Of a stretch of 64,000 bases of DNA, positions 1 through 10,273 are shown piece after piece. The notes beneath the pieces are model-generated. The model saw only the letters and a list, made by a program, of their open reading frames with translations, ran no database searches and was not told where the DNA came from. The position numbers and the translations under genes were made by a program. The stretch's first letter is position 1; each line of letters begins with the position of its first letter. Source of the stretch: Candidatus Izemoplasma sp. (GTDB lineage Bacteria > Bacillota_I > Bacilli_A > Izemoplasmatales > Izemoplasmataceae). The DNA lies in assembly GCA_018402725.1 (NCBI GenBank), contig JAGYII010000005.1, forward strand, positions 11,308 to 75,307. Reading direction: 5' to 3'.

Positions 1-503
1 AGTTTTAAAAGACTCATCTAATAAAGACTGTAAAGTTTGATTTTGATACCTTTCAAGACCCTCAATATATATTCTTTCCCTGGTTTCAAAAAAAGTGTTT
101 TGGGCTTCGGCCCAAACCTTATATTCTTGATGGCGATCTTTAAACCATTGATTAATAGCTTGGTGTTCTTGAGGGAAGTGTCTTAATAAATAGCGCTTAA
201 GTTTTGCCTTTTCATTCGAACGAGTTAAAACTCGCCCATCACTTAAGATCTCCACATATGATTTCACTTCATCTTGGATAAATCCGGTTAATTTAGCCTG
301 ATCAAGTATTTTTTTACTGATACCGTTACGCCCAAAAAACGTCGGTTCAAAGGTCACCGTCTCGTTTTTAATAACCGTTTGATTCAGTTGGGGTTGATCA
401 GGAAATACGTGGGCCACTTCGTAGCCTTTTTGACTCAATAAAGCCGCTGCATAAAAGGCGCTGACGTCGTTTCCAATGACCAAAATATCATAGATTTTCA
501 TCG
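1..503 (-). CDS. Partial CDS whose 3' end runs off the window. The N-terminus (MKIYDILVIGNDVSAFYAAALLSQKGYEV...) looks like a Rossmann-type dinucleotide-binding oxidoreductase.
   Basis: My own translation of the minus strand from the ATG at 503, which is open to the window edge. The beta-alpha-beta N-terminal motif resembles FAD/NAD-binding proteins. The family is not identified. Confidence 0.4.
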
Positions 504-540
504 CTCTATTATAGCATATGAAAAAAAGCCTTTCGGCTTT

Positions 541-1275
541 TTATTGTTTGAAATATTGGTTGAGATAAAGCATTAAGGATTCTTTGGAAATATCGAGATC
601 TAGCTTACCATCTAAGGCCACACTCACTTCTGAGGTTTCTTCCGAGATGACGATGGTAAATGCATCCGTTATTTCACTAATCCCGAGGGCCGCTCGGTGT
701 CTTGACCCTAGTCGTTTAGGAATCGCTTGAGATTCTGAAGTCGGAAAGTAGGCGCCGGCACAAACCATGGTTTGATCAACAATAATCAAGGCTCCATCAT
801 GAAGCGGGCTTTTAGGGATGAAAATAGAAGCAATAATATCAGCATTGATGGGAGCTTTGATCGAGGACGCTTTTTGAATATAAGCGGATAGATCATCATC
901 GCGTTGAATCGAGATAATCGCGCCGTATTTGTGATCGACTAAATACTGAATCCCTTCAATTAAAGCATTTTGAGATTGTTCATATAAGTCAACCCCAAGT
1001 AACCGTCGTATTTTTAGTTTTTGTAAGAACCACTTAACATCGGATTGATGAACGATAAAAAGTAAAAATACAATAGGGATAATAATAACGATATCTAGAA
1101 CTAACTGTTGTGAAGAGGCTATATTTTGACCAAAATCAACAAAAGCAAACACGATCATCGCTAAAAGGGTTATTTTTAATAGTCGATAAATCACCGTATG
1201 GACTTTTAAACGCACTAAAGTCGTAAATAATGCGTACAAATAAATGTAAATGAGCAAGCTATCAAATTGGGCCAT
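541..1275 (-). CDS. cdaA: Membrane-anchored diadenylate cyclase CdaA (DisA_N/DAC domain), the c-di-AMP synthase.
   Basis: A 244 aa ORF with three N-terminal TM helices followed by a DAC domain carrying the DGA and RHRAALG motifs. Confidence 0.85.
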   Translation of the reverse strand: MAQFDSLLIYIYLYALFTTLVRLKVHTVIYRLLKITLLAMIVFAFVDFGQNIASSQQLVLDIVIIIPIVFLLFIVHQSDVKWFLQKLKIRRLLGVDLYEQSQNALIEGIQYLVDHKYGAIISIQRDDDLSAYIQKASSIKAPINADIIASIFIPKSPLHDGALIIVDQTMVCAGAYFPTSESQAIPKRLGSRHRAALGISEITDAFTIVISEETSEVSVALDGKLDLDISKESLMLYLNQYFKQ

Positions 1276-1535
1276 TGGGTCTCCAAAATTTTAGGGTATT
1301 TTCCCTTATAAACAGTGTAACGTATGATAGAGTATTTTTAACCACCCTTTTTATGAAATAATTATTTTTTTTTGGTTAAAAAATAAGAAAAATTACGTCT
1401 TTAAAAGGTTTTTAACATCTTAATTTTTGAAACCCGTATTTTAGTTAGCGTTATCACTTTAAACCGCATTTGTTTTCATATATAATATAGGTTAAACACT
1501 CTAAAAAATAGTTTGTTTAATTTCAGGAGGAAGTT

Positions 1536-4058
1536 ATGGCCCATTACTCTCAGAAGCAAATTGACCGCTTAAATGAAGATATTAAACAACATTATCCTCA
1601 TTTAACGTTAATTGATAGTTCGATGAAATTAGTCCTTGAAGGGGTTTCGCGACTTGTTATGATTGACCGCTATACCCAAAAAGATCTCACCTTAAAAACC
1701 CTTAAAGAGGGTGACTTGGTCATTACGATTGTTCGTCATGATCCTAAGTTCCCATCGAGGGGTATTGGTAACGTGGTGAAGGTCAATGGAGATATTGTTC
1801 ACATCAAAGTTGAAGATGAGTTTTTAGCAAGCTCTGAAGACGCGGATTCCAATGGGGTTATTAAAAGAACACTTCGTGAGATTGACAAGCCATTAGAACT
1901 CTTTTATGAGCAAATTGCTCGGCGTTTAGCCAATCATCTTGGTGAAGATGAGAGTGATGAGATGAAAGAGCGCTTCTTCCAAGTCGTCGCTCAACAAAAC
2001 TTAGTCCCCGCTGGCCGGGTTTTATTTGGGGCAGGTTCCCAAACTAAAGTGACTTTTTTCAACTGTTTTGTTATGCCTTTTGTTCATGATTCACGCGGTG
2101 GAATCTCTGATCACCGTAAAGAAGTTATGGAAATCATGAGTCGTGGGGGAGGGGTTGGGACCAATGGTTCTACGCTTCGTCCTAAAAATGCATTAGCTCG
2201 CGGGGTCAACGGTAAATCAAGTGGCGCCGTCAGCTGGTTACATGACTTATCTGAATTGACCCACCTCGTTGAACAAGGCGGCTCACGCCGCGGCGCTCAA
2301 ATGATCATGTTAGCCGATTGGCACCCTGACATTGTGGAGTTCATTATCTCTAAAATGCAAAATCCTAAGATTCTTCAATTCTTGTTAGAATCTTCCAATG
2401 ATCAAAGAATTAAAGATGCCGCTAAAAACAAATTAAAATTTACACCGCTTTCTAACGACGAAATCGAAATCAATGAGTACATCTTAGAAGCCTCTAAGAA
2501 AAACCCAGATTTATTTAGTACTAAAATTGTCGATACCGCTTTTGATCGTTTAAATAAAGGCGGCAATTATTCCGTGAATAGCTCTGAATTCCTTTCTGGA
2601 GCTAATATTTCAGTGGCCATTACCCAAGACTTTATGGATGCCGTTGAGAATGACGCTGACTACACTTTAAGATTCCCTGACGTGGATAACTACAATCCTG
2701 AACAAAAAGCTGCCTATGACCAAGAATGGTCAAAAATAGGAGACGTCAGAGAATGGGAAGCAAAAGGTTTCCCAATTAAATCGTACTACACGATTAAAGC
2801 CAAAGAATTATGGAATCTGATTAATATTTGTGCGACTTATTCTGCTGAACCCGGTTTATTCTTCCTTGATAACGCGAATGAACAAACCAACGCTCGGGCT
2901 TACAATCAAAAAGTAGTCTGTACGAATCCGTGCGGGGAACAACCCCTTGCTCCTTATTCCGTGTGTAACTTAGCGGCGATTAATTTAGCAAACTTTGCCA
3001 ATGAAGCGGGCAATGATGTTGATTGGGATAAACTCCACCAAACCATTGAAACATCCGTTCGTTTACAAGATAACGTCATTGATAAAACGCATTACTTCTT
3101 AGACAACAATAAAACCCAAGCCCTTGGTGAACGCCGAGTCGGACTTGGCGTCATGGGACTACATGACTTATTGATCTGGACCAATCATCGCTATGGCGAT
3201 AAACGGAGCTTGGTCTTTATTGACAAAATCTTCGAATTCATCGCAACTACTGCGTATGAAACAAGTATCAAAATTGCTGAAGAAAAAGGATCATTCCCTT
3301 TCTTAGATTCTCAAGAAGCCAGAGAACGGATGATTCAAACTGGCTACATGAAAAAACTGCCTGAACACATCCGCCAAGGGGTCTTGAAACACGGAATTAG
3401 AAACTCTCACCTCTTAACGATTGCCCCTACGGGTTCAACTGGAACCATGATCGGGGTTTCAACCGGGTTAGAACCCTACTTCGCATTCTCTTACTTCAGA
3501 AGTGGTCGCTTAGGGAAATTCATCGAAGTGAACGCTCCGATTGTTGAAGAATATTTACTCAAACATCCTGATCAGGATAAAGATAAACTCCCAGACATAT
3601 TCATCAGTGCGATGGAACTCAGCCCTGAAGAACATGTAGACGTCCAAAACACGATTCAAAAATGGGTCGATTCAAGTATCTCTAAAACTGTAAACGCTCC
3701 AAAAGGCTATACCGTTGAAGAAGTTCAAGAAGTCTATCAACGTTTATACCGTGGGGGCGCTAAAGGGGGAACCGTGTATGTCGATGGTTCTCGAGATGCT
3801 CAAATCCTCAGTTTAACCAAAGATGATAATGACCAACCCAAACAAGTGAGAATGGCTGAGTTTGGCATCGACACCCCCGAACAAAAGAAAGCACCTAAAG
3901 AACTCAAAGTCGCCGGGGCTCGTAGTGATCGCCAAGACCGTAATATCGGTAATGAAGTCGGAGACTTGTGCCCAATTTGTCTTGAAGGGGTCGTTGAAGA
4001 ATTTGGTGGATGTAACACCTGCACCAACTGTAACGCTCAATTAAAATGTGGTTTGTAA
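1536..4058 (+). CDS. nrdJ: Class II adenosylcobalamin-dependent ribonucleotide reductase (NrdJ-type) with a C-terminal Cys-rich tail (CPIC...CNTCTNC).
   Basis: An 840 aa ORF with the conserved RNR core (NPCGEQPL active-site Cys loop, TIAPTGST) and no ATP-cone. An RBS (AGGAGG) sits 8 nt upstream. Confidence 0.8.
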   Translation: MAHYSQKQIDRLNEDIKQHYPHLTLIDSSMKLVLEGVSRLVMIDRYTQKDLTLKTLKEGDLVITIVRHDPKFPSRGIGNVVKVNGDIVHIKVEDEFLASSEDADSNGVIKRTLREIDKPLELFYEQIARRLANHLGEDESDEMKERFFQVVAQQNLVPAGRVLFGAGSQTKVTFFNCFVMPFVHDSRGGISDHRKEVMEIMSRGGGVGTNGSTLRPKNALARGVNGKSSGAVSWLHDLSELTHLVEQGGSRRGAQMIMLADWHPDIVEFIISKMQNPKILQFLLESSNDQRIKDAAKNKLKFTPLSNDEIEINEYILEASKKNPDLFSTKIVDTAFDRLNKGGNYSVNSSEFLSGANISVAITQDFMDAVENDADYTLRFPDVDNYNPEQKAAYDQEWSKIGDVREWEAKGFPIKSYYTIKAKELWNLINICATYSAEPGLFFLDNANEQTNARAYNQKVVCTNPCGEQPLAPYSVCNLAAINLANFANEAGNDVDWDKLHQTIETSVRLQDNVIDKTHYFLDNNKTQALGERRVGLGVMGLHDLLIWTNHRYGDKRSLVFIDKIFEFIATTAYETSIKIAEEKGSFPFLDSQEARERMIQTGYMKKLPEHIRQGVLKHGIRNSHLLTIAPTGSTGTMIGVSTGLEPYFAFSYFRSGRLGKFIEVNAPIVEEYLLKHPDQDKDKLPDIFISAMELSPEEHVDVQNTIQKWVDSSISKTVNAPKGYTVEEVQEVYQRLYRGGAKGGTVYVDGSRDAQILSLTKDDNDQPKQVRMAEFGIDTPEQKKAPKELKVAGARSDRQDRNIGNEVGDLCPICLEGVVEEFGGCNTCTNCNAQLKCGL

Positions 4059-4086
4059 GATGCACGCAAGTGCATCTTTTTTTTGA
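4059..4086 (+). terminator. Rho-independent terminator after nrdJ: GATGCACGCAAGTGCATC followed by T8.
   Basis: A perfect 7-bp stem hairpin and a T-run immediately after the stop codon. Confidence 0.75.
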
Positions 4087-4107
4087 TATACTACCTCTGA
4101 GGTCGCG

Positions 4108-5352
4108 ATGATTCCTATCTTATTGGTCCAACTTTCAACCCCCGCCCAACCCGCTCATGCGTATGATTTAGAAGAGCTTGCTGCTTTAGCTTTACAAGTC
4201 GGACTTGATCCAGTTCAGACCATGACGCAGCATCTATCTAAACCCAGTCCGTTTAGTGCCATTGGTAAAGGGAAGCTTGAAGAACTTAAAGTTTTATGTG
4301 AAACCACTGACATTGAAATGGTGGTTTTTTATAATGAACTTTCTCCGACGCAAATGCGAAACTTAGAAGAAGTTTTAGAAATCGAAGTCATCGACCGAAC
4401 GATGTTGATTTTAGAACTCTTAAGCCAAAGGGCTTCTTCTAACATGGGTAAACGTTTGGTCTCTATTGCCCAAATGAAATACCTCCTTCCGCGGTTATCT
4501 TCCATCAATGAAATGACGGACCGCCAACAAGGGGGCATCGGACTCAAAGGACCCGGTGAAACTAAACTTGAGCTTTCTAGACGTAACTTAGAGCAATCTA
4601 TTAAGCATGAAGAGAAGATGTTAAGACACGACCTTAAAGTTCGGCTTCAAAACCGTAAACAACGCAAACGAAACGATTTAAAAACTGTCGCTATCATCGG
4701 TTATACCAATGCGGGTAAATCAACATTACTCAATACTTTATCGAGTCTTGGGAAAGAAAAGGATAAACAAGTTCTTGCTAAAGACCAAGTCTTTTCGACC
4801 TTAGACACCGCTTCACGAAAAATTACTTTACCTCATGCCCCAAGTTTTATCGTCACGGACACCGTTGGGTTTGTTTCTAACATGCCGGCTCATTTGAAAG
4901 CCGCTTTCAACGCCACTTTTGAAGAAACCGTGGATGCTGATTTAATCTTGTTAGTGCTTGATGCTTCAACTCCTTATTTAGATGCTCACTTAAAGGCCAC
5001 TGAAGATCTCATTGATCAACTCGGACTAACTTATAAACCAAAGCTTTATATCCTTAATAAGATGGATCGATTAACTTATCCAGAACACTTTATCTTCCAT
5101 CGTTTCCCTTATCTAAAAGTGTCTTTGACTCAAGGGCATGATGTAAAAAATTTGATTGATACCATCGTCACGATGGTCTTTGAAGAAGATGTTGTGAAGC
5201 ACTATTTAATTCCTTATGAAGAAGATCATCATCGCGCTTATTTAAGAAATTATAGTGTGGTGGTGGCTGAAACCCATCATGCTAAAGGAACCCTCATTCA
5301 AGCTAAAGTATCGTCTAAAGTTGCAGAGCACTTAAAAGCCTTTGAATATTAA
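4108..5352 (+). CDS. hflX: GTPase HflX.
   Basis: A 414 aa ORF with an HflX N-domain and G-domain (GYTNAGKSTLLN, DTVGF). Confidence 0.85.
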   Translation: MIPILLVQLSTPAQPAHAYDLEELAALALQVGLDPVQTMTQHLSKPSPFSAIGKGKLEELKVLCETTDIEMVVFYNELSPTQMRNLEEVLEIEVIDRTMLILELLSQRASSNMGKRLVSIAQMKYLLPRLSSINEMTDRQQGGIGLKGPGETKLELSRRNLEQSIKHEEKMLRHDLKVRLQNRKQRKRNDLKTVAIIGYTNAGKSTLLNTLSSLGKEKDKQVLAKDQVFSTLDTASRKITLPHAPSFIVTDTVGFVSNMPAHLKAAFNATFEETVDADLILLVLDASTPYLDAHLKATEDLIDQLGLTYKPKLYILNKMDRLTYPEHFIFHRFPYLKVSLTQGHDVKNLIDTIVTMVFEEDVVKHYLIPYEEDHHRAYLRNYSVVVAETHHAKGTLIQAKVSSKVAEHLKAFEY

Positions 5353-5382
5353 AAAGACTCTCCCTTTTTGGAGAGTCTTTTA
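5353..5382. terminator. Bidirectional terminator between hflX (+) and the ATPase (-): AAAAGACTCTCC-CTTTTTG-GAGAGTCTTTT.
   Basis: A 9-bp inverted repeat flanked by an A-run and a T-run, placed between convergent genes. Confidence 0.7.
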
Positions 5383-7239
5383 TATTAATAATCGTAAACT
5401 ATTAAGAATCACGATGATGGTTGAAAGTTCATGCACTAAAACACCAATCGGTAATAAGACCCACCCTACGGTATTAAATAATAATAGGATCGCAATAACA
5501 CTGACTGAGAAAATAACATTCATCGTAATAATTCGTTTCAATCGTTTGGCAATATTAAAGGTAAACTCAATGCCTTTTAAGTCACTATTTATTAATACGA
5601 TGTCACTCGACTCTAAGGAAACATCAGTCCCACTTCCCATCGCAATTGAAACATCTGCTAAGGCCAAAGCTGGGGCGTCATTAATCCCATCACCGATCAT
5701 CATTACTTTCTTATATTGGGATTGATAATGTTTCACCCATTTCACTTTATCTTCAGGTAAACACTCAGCGTGAACATCATTGATATCGAGTTGTTTTCCA
5801 ATCTTTAAGGCCGCGAATTTTAAATCGCCTGAAACCATAACGGTATGAATTTTTCGGGTTTTTAAATATTGAATTAAGTCCTTAGCTTCTCTTCTAATTT
5901 GATCACTGAGTCCGGTCCATCCTACCAATTTTCCATCCTCATAAAACGAGACGATCGACCAGCCTTCTTTAGACCTATTTTGAATCGATTCTTGAATCTC
6001 TTTTGGAACATCATGATCAAATTTACCCACCTGATAAAGATGATTTTGATAAGTGACTTCAAGACCTTTTCCAGGAATTTCTTGAGGCGATAGTTCGACC
6101 GGTTTTATTTCTAAATGGGCAGCAATAATCGCTAAAGCTAATGGGTGATTAGAGGCTTTTTCCATCCCAATAAAAATCGGAAGAAGGGCTTCTTTTCCTG
6201 GAATCATAAACTGACTTTGGACGGTCGGTTTCCCTTTAGTTAGAGTCCCGGTTTTATCAAAAATGACACACTCAATGTCGTTGATAACTTCTAATTTTGA
6301 GCCCCCTTTAATCAGCACTTTTTTTCTTGAAGCGTTTGATATACTTGCTAAAACCCCGGGGGTAATTGAGGCCACTAGAGCACACGGAGAGCCTACCACT
6401 AAAACAATGATTCCTCGGTAAAATGCGTCTTCTTGTGTCCACCATCCAAATAACGGGGGAATCACCATAAATGCAATCGCAAGTAAAATAACAACATAAA
6501 CATAGACTTTTTCTATCGTATTTATCCGGCTTTGAATCTGCGGTTCATCTTCTTGCGCTGACTTCACAAAATCGATAATTTTTTGGACAGTGGATTCTGT
6601 CGGACTTTTATCACAACGAATTAAAACAAGGGCCGTTTGATTGAGGGTTGAGGCATATACAAAGTCATTTTTTTCTTTATCAACCGGCATGGCTTCACCG
6701 GTTATAGACGCTTCATTAAGGGTGGTTTTTCCCTTAATTATGGTTCCATCTACAGGCACTTGTTCGCCTACTTTTACGCTTACAATATCTCCAATTTTTA
6801 AACTTGCGACACTCACCACTTTTTCTCCTTGATCGGTAATCAGAGTCGCTTGATCTGGAGCCAGTTGAAGAAGGGCCGTTAAAGCTTGTTTACTTCTTTG
6901 AGTCGTATACGACTCTAAGGCTCCGCTGATTGAAAAGATTAAGATTAAGATGGCTCCTTCAGAAAAGTTTCCAGTGAAAAAGGCACTTAATGCGGCGAGT
7001 ATCATTAATATTTCAACGTTCAGGGCTTTGTTTTTTAGCGTACTGGTTACCCCTTCAACAGCCTTGTGGTAACCGCCAATTAAAAAAGAGAGTCCAAAAA
7101 GAACACTGATAATAGCAGCATCTTTACTTAAGATAGCTTGAAAAATAAATCCAAGGGCAATGAAGATACCACCCACAGTGGCTAAGATTAATTCTGATTT
7201 TGCGGAAGGTTTAAATAATTGAATGAATGCGTTCGTCAT
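5380..7239 (-). CDS. P1B-type heavy-metal translocating P-type ATPase. The SPC motif suggests the P1B-4 subtype (Co/Zn-like), and there is no N-terminal metal-binding domain.
   Basis: A 619 aa ORF with DKTGTLT, the SPC transmembrane motif, GDGINDAP and TGES. Confidence 0.8.
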   Translation of the reverse strand: MTNAFIQLFKPSAKSELILATVGGIFIALGFIFQAILSKDAAIISVLFGLSFLIGGYHKAVEGVTSTLKNKALNVEILMILAALSAFFTGNFSEGAILILIFSISGALESYTTQRSKQALTALLQLAPDQATLITDQGEKVVSVASLKIGDIVSVKVGEQVPVDGTIIKGKTTLNEASITGEAMPVDKEKNDFVYASTLNQTALVLIRCDKSPTESTVQKIIDFVKSAQEDEPQIQSRINTIEKVYVYVVILLAIAFMVIPPLFGWWTQEDAFYRGIIVLVVGSPCALVASITPGVLASISNASRKKVLIKGGSKLEVINDIECVIFDKTGTLTKGKPTVQSQFMIPGKEALLPIFIGMEKASNHPLALAIIAAHLEIKPVELSPQEIPGKGLEVTYQNHLYQVGKFDHDVPKEIQESIQNRSKEGWSIVSFYEDGKLVGWTGLSDQIRREAKDLIQYLKTRKIHTVMVSGDLKFAALKIGKQLDINDVHAECLPEDKVKWVKHYQSQYKKVMMIGDGINDAPALALADVSIAMGSGTDVSLESSDIVLINSDLKGIEFTFNIAKRLKRIITMNVIFSVSVIAILLLFNTVGWVLLPIGVLVHELSTIIVILNSLRLLI

Positions 7240-7459
7240 CTGAATCTCCTTCCTTCATTGTAAGGGGCATACCCGAGTCATTCAATAGACTAGATTAGAA
7301 TCATTATAATCATTAATTTAAAAAAATTTAATAAAGAATTTAATGGGATCGATTTAAGGCATTGATTTGAGGGGCACCCATCCTTCTTTTTGAGACCCTC
7401 TGTAGCTTTTGAAACCCGTGAAGATAAATCATTATGTTATAATATTTTTCGGAGATATT

Positions 7460-8344
7460 ATGACAAATCGATTAATAAAAGCGTATGCATTTGAGAAGAT
7501 GGCCCGGGTCTATGTAGCGGATACCACTGAAATCGTCCAACGAGCCAAAGACATTCATGATTTATGGCCCACTGCGAGTGCAGCGTTGGGCCGTTTTTTA
7601 ACCTCGAGTGTCATCATGGGTGCCATGTATAAAGGGGCTTTTAACCGGGATGACGCCGAGCTTACTTTAAGGATTGATTCGAACGGTCCGATCGGGGGCA
7701 TGGTGACGACCACTAATACCCACGGTGAGGTGAGAGGTTATGTCGGAAATCCCCATGTTTTCTTACAGTATGATTCCGGAAAACTCAATGTAGGCCAAGC
7801 GGTGGGTGAGGGCCATTTACACATTACAAAAAACTTAAAAATTAGGGATATATTTACTTCAAGTGTTCCCTTATTTTCTGGGGAAATCGCTGAAGATTTT
7901 GCCTATTATTTTAGAGCCTCTGAACAAATCCCATCGGTGGTTTCCCTCGGCGTCAAGGTCAATGAAAACAATGATATCATCGCCGCCGGAGGCATCATCT
8001 TACAAATGTTGCCGGGTTATAAAGAAGAACACCTTCAAGCGGTGGAAAAAGCCTTTAAAGAATTACCTCATATATCCTTTTTAATAGAGGAAGGAAAAAG
8101 CTTAGAAGATATCCTTGCCCTAATCACTAAGGACCATCAACTCCTTGAAGAGTTACCTTTGAAATATCATTGTGATTGTAGCCGTGATAAATTTGAACGC
8201 GGTCTGATGAGTTTAGGCATTGAAGAACTTAGAAACTTGATTGAACAAGACGGAAAGATTGAAACCAGTTGTCACTTTTGTAACCAACAATATCTATTTG
8301 ATGAACTAGACATTAATCAACTCATCGACGAAATTAAAAAATAA
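7460..8344 (+). CDS. hslO: Redox-regulated chaperone Hsp33.
   Basis: Hsp33 fold with a C-terminal CxC...CxxC zinc centre (HCDCS...CHFC). The start was moved to ATG 7460, which has a GGAGAT RBS. The ORF track starts at 7409. Confidence 0.85.
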   Translation: MTNRLIKAYAFEKMARVYVADTTEIVQRAKDIHDLWPTASAALGRFLTSSVIMGAMYKGAFNRDDAELTLRIDSNGPIGGMVTTTNTHGEVRGYVGNPHVFLQYDSGKLNVGQAVGEGHLHITKNLKIRDIFTSSVPLFSGEIAEDFAYYFRASEQIPSVVSLGVKVNENNDIIAAGGIILQMLPGYKEEHLQAVEKAFKELPHISFLIEEGKSLEDILALITKDHQLLEELPLKYHCDCSRDKFERGLMSLGIEELRNLIEQDGKIETSCHFCNQQYLFDELDINQLIDEIKK

Positions 8345-8368
8345 AGTGCGACTCACGTCGCACTTTTT
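8345..8368. terminator. Bidirectional terminator between hslO and glyA (AGTGCGAC-TCAC-GTCGCACT, then T-run).
   Basis: An 8-bp perfect stem between convergent genes. Confidence 0.7.
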
Positions 8369-9580
8369 CTAAGGGAGAGGGAACGGTGTTACCAGTTTAA
8401 GGACATCTTCTTTAATTTGGGGTCTTTCTTCGGGCGTTGATTTTAAGGCTCGGTCAATCAAGACCGCGATCTGTTCCATTTCTTTTTCTTTCATCCCACG
8501 CGTCGTTAAAGCCGGGGTTCCTAATCGAATCCCACTTCCTACAAATGGACCTTCATCATCAAAAGGCACGGCGTTTTTGTTACAGGTAATATTGATCGAT
8601 TCTAAAATACTTTCTGCGTCTTTTCCAGTCATTCCAATCGACTTTTTCACATTCACTAAAAGTAAATGATTATCGGTTCCACCTGTTAAAATCACATAGC
8701 CTAAATTCTCTAAGGCTTTGGCTAGAGCCGCTGCATTTTTAATGACTTGTTTTTGATACTCAACAAATAAAGGATCCATTGCTTCTAAAAAAGCAACGGC
8801 TTTAGCTCCGATAATATGCATCAAAGGACCGCCTTGTATCCCTGGAAATATTTTTGAGTTAATGGTTTTAATTAAGGCGGAATCATTGGTGAGGATTAAA
8901 CCTCCCCGTGGGCCTCTTAAAGTCTTATGCGTCGTAGTCGTGACCACGTCGGCATAGGGGAATGGATGGGGATGAACCCCCGCTGCTACAAGACCTGCAA
9001 TGTGAGCCATGTCCACCATCAATTTTGCGCCGACTTCATCAGCAATTTCTCTAAACTTGGCAAAATCAATGGTTCTTGGATAAGAACTATATCCGGTAAT
9101 AATGAGTTTAGGTTGATGTTTGATGGCGAGCTCGCGAATTTCATCATAATCAAGTCGATACGTTTCCGGATGGACTCCATAATGAACAAAGTGATAATCT
9201 TCTCCACTAAAACTCATGGAGTGACCGTGCGTTAAATGACCCCCATGGTCAAGTCCCATACTTAAAACGGTATCTTGATACTTTAATAACGCTCTAAAGA
9301 CGGCTTGGTTTGCATTAGAGCCTGAGTGAGGCTGGACGTTAGCAAACTTCACACCGAAGAGTTGTTTGGCGCGTTCAATGGCTTCGGTTTCAACCTTATC
9401 AACGACTTTACAACCGCCATAATAACGACGACCCGGATACCCTTCAGCATACTTATTGGTGAGGATACTTCCTCCGACTTTACGGACATTTTCACTCGCA
9501 AAGTTTTCACTCGCAATAAGCTCTAAATGCTCATGCTGTCTGATTGCTTCTTCTTCTATAAACGCAAAAATATCATCCAT
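8369..9580 (-). CDS. glyA: Serine hydroxymethyltransferase.
   Basis: A 403 aa ORF with strong SHMT similarity, including the PLP-lysine region [14 protein letters not shown]. Confidence 0.95.
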   Translation of the reverse strand: MDDIFAFIEEEAIRQHEHLELIASENFASENVRKVGGSILTNKYAEGYPGRRYYGGCKVVDKVETEAIERAKQLFGVKFANVQPHSGSNANQAVFRALLKYQDTVLSMGLDHGGHLTHGHSMSFSGEDYHFVHYGVHPETYRLDYDEIRELAIKHQPKLIITGYSSYPRTIDFAKFREIADEVGAKLMVDMAHIAGLVAAGVHPHPFPYADVVTTTTHKTLRGPRGGLILTNDSALIKTINSKIFPGIQGGPLMHIIGAKAVAFLEAMDPLFVEYQKQVIKNAAALAKALENLGYVILTGGTDNHLLLVNVKKSIGMTGKDAESILESINITCNKNAVPFDDEGPFVGSGIRLGTPALTTRGMKEKEMEQIAVLIDRALKSTPEERPQIKEDVLKLVTPFPLP

Positions 9581-9670
9581 CCGTCATCGGCTCTTTTCTA
9601 TTAAATTTTAGTCACCTTTATTGTATATAAAAGCCTTTTAAAAGTAAACGTTTACACCTCGGAGATTTAT

Positions 9671-10273
9671 ATGAAAATTACGTATGATTTAAACCATCCG
9701 AATATTGTCTATTTATGCGAAAAAGATCCTAAACTCATTCCATTATTTGAGCGGGTCGGGGCTTTGACGGTGGAATTATTTCAACCTTATTTCCCTTTTT
9801 TTATATTTACCATCATCGGCCAACAACTCTCCACCAAAGTCGTTGATGTTTTATATCAACGTTTAGAAAAACATCTCGGAGCTTTGACACCGGTTCATCT
9901 CATAAAAGCCGATGATGATGCCCTATTTAAGCTTGGGCTTTCTAAACGTAAAATTCAAACCATGAAAATAGTCGCAGCCGCTGCCATCAATGGAGACTTA
10001 GACCCCCATCATTTTGAGGGTCAAACCCCTGAAAAAATTAGCCAACACTTAACCGCCTTTAAAGGGATTGGACCTTGGACCGCTGATATGTTTATGATGT
10101 TTTCACTGGGCCACATGGATCATTTCTCAACCCTTGATTTAGGACTGGTTAAAGCCTACCAAAAATTATTTGGAGACGCTTCTTTAGAAGACATAAAAAA
10201 AGACGCCTTAAATTGGCGTCCTTTTAGAAGTATCGTTGCCCATTATCTATGGGCGTACTGGGATCATTTTTAA
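9671..10273 (+). CDS. HhH-GPD superfamily DNA glycosylase (3-methyladenine glycosylase II-like).
   Basis: A 200 aa ORF with the helix-hairpin-helix GIGPWTA motif and a downstream catalytic Asp. Confidence 0.65.
   Translation: MKITYDLNHPNIVYLCEKDPKLIPLFERVGALTVELFQPYFPFFIFTIIGQQLSTKVVDVLYQRLEKHLGALTPVHLIKADDDALFKLGLSKRKIQTMKIVAAAAINGDLDPHHFEGQTPEKISQHLTAFKGIGPWTADMFMMFSLGHMDHFSTLDLGLVKAYQKLFGDASLEDIKKDALNWRPFRSIVAHYLWAYWDHF

Noticed and set aside
1276-1535. A cobalamin riboswitch or canonical NrdR operator in the nrdJ leader.
   Set aside because: No B12-box (GCCACUG-like) core and no convincing 16-bp NrdR palindrome. Only weak half-site matches around 1475-1520. Left as an open question in the findings.
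3800-4044. Three short ORFs (60-75 aa) antisense to, or nested in, the 3' end of nrdJ.
   Set aside because: They lie entirely inside a strongly conserved coding region. They have no RBS and no recognisable motif. They are typical out-of-frame shadows of a real gene. The same applies to 4329-4547, 5342-5725, 5899-6093, 6641-6832, 10715-11089, 13212-13439, 16943-17335, 41324-41796, 43887-44183 and similar ORFs.
7240-7408. A NiCo (czcD-type) riboswitch upstream of the metal ATPase.
   Set aside because: After the TATAAT promoter the minus-strand 5' UTR is only about 55 nt and shows none of the conserved NiCo helices.
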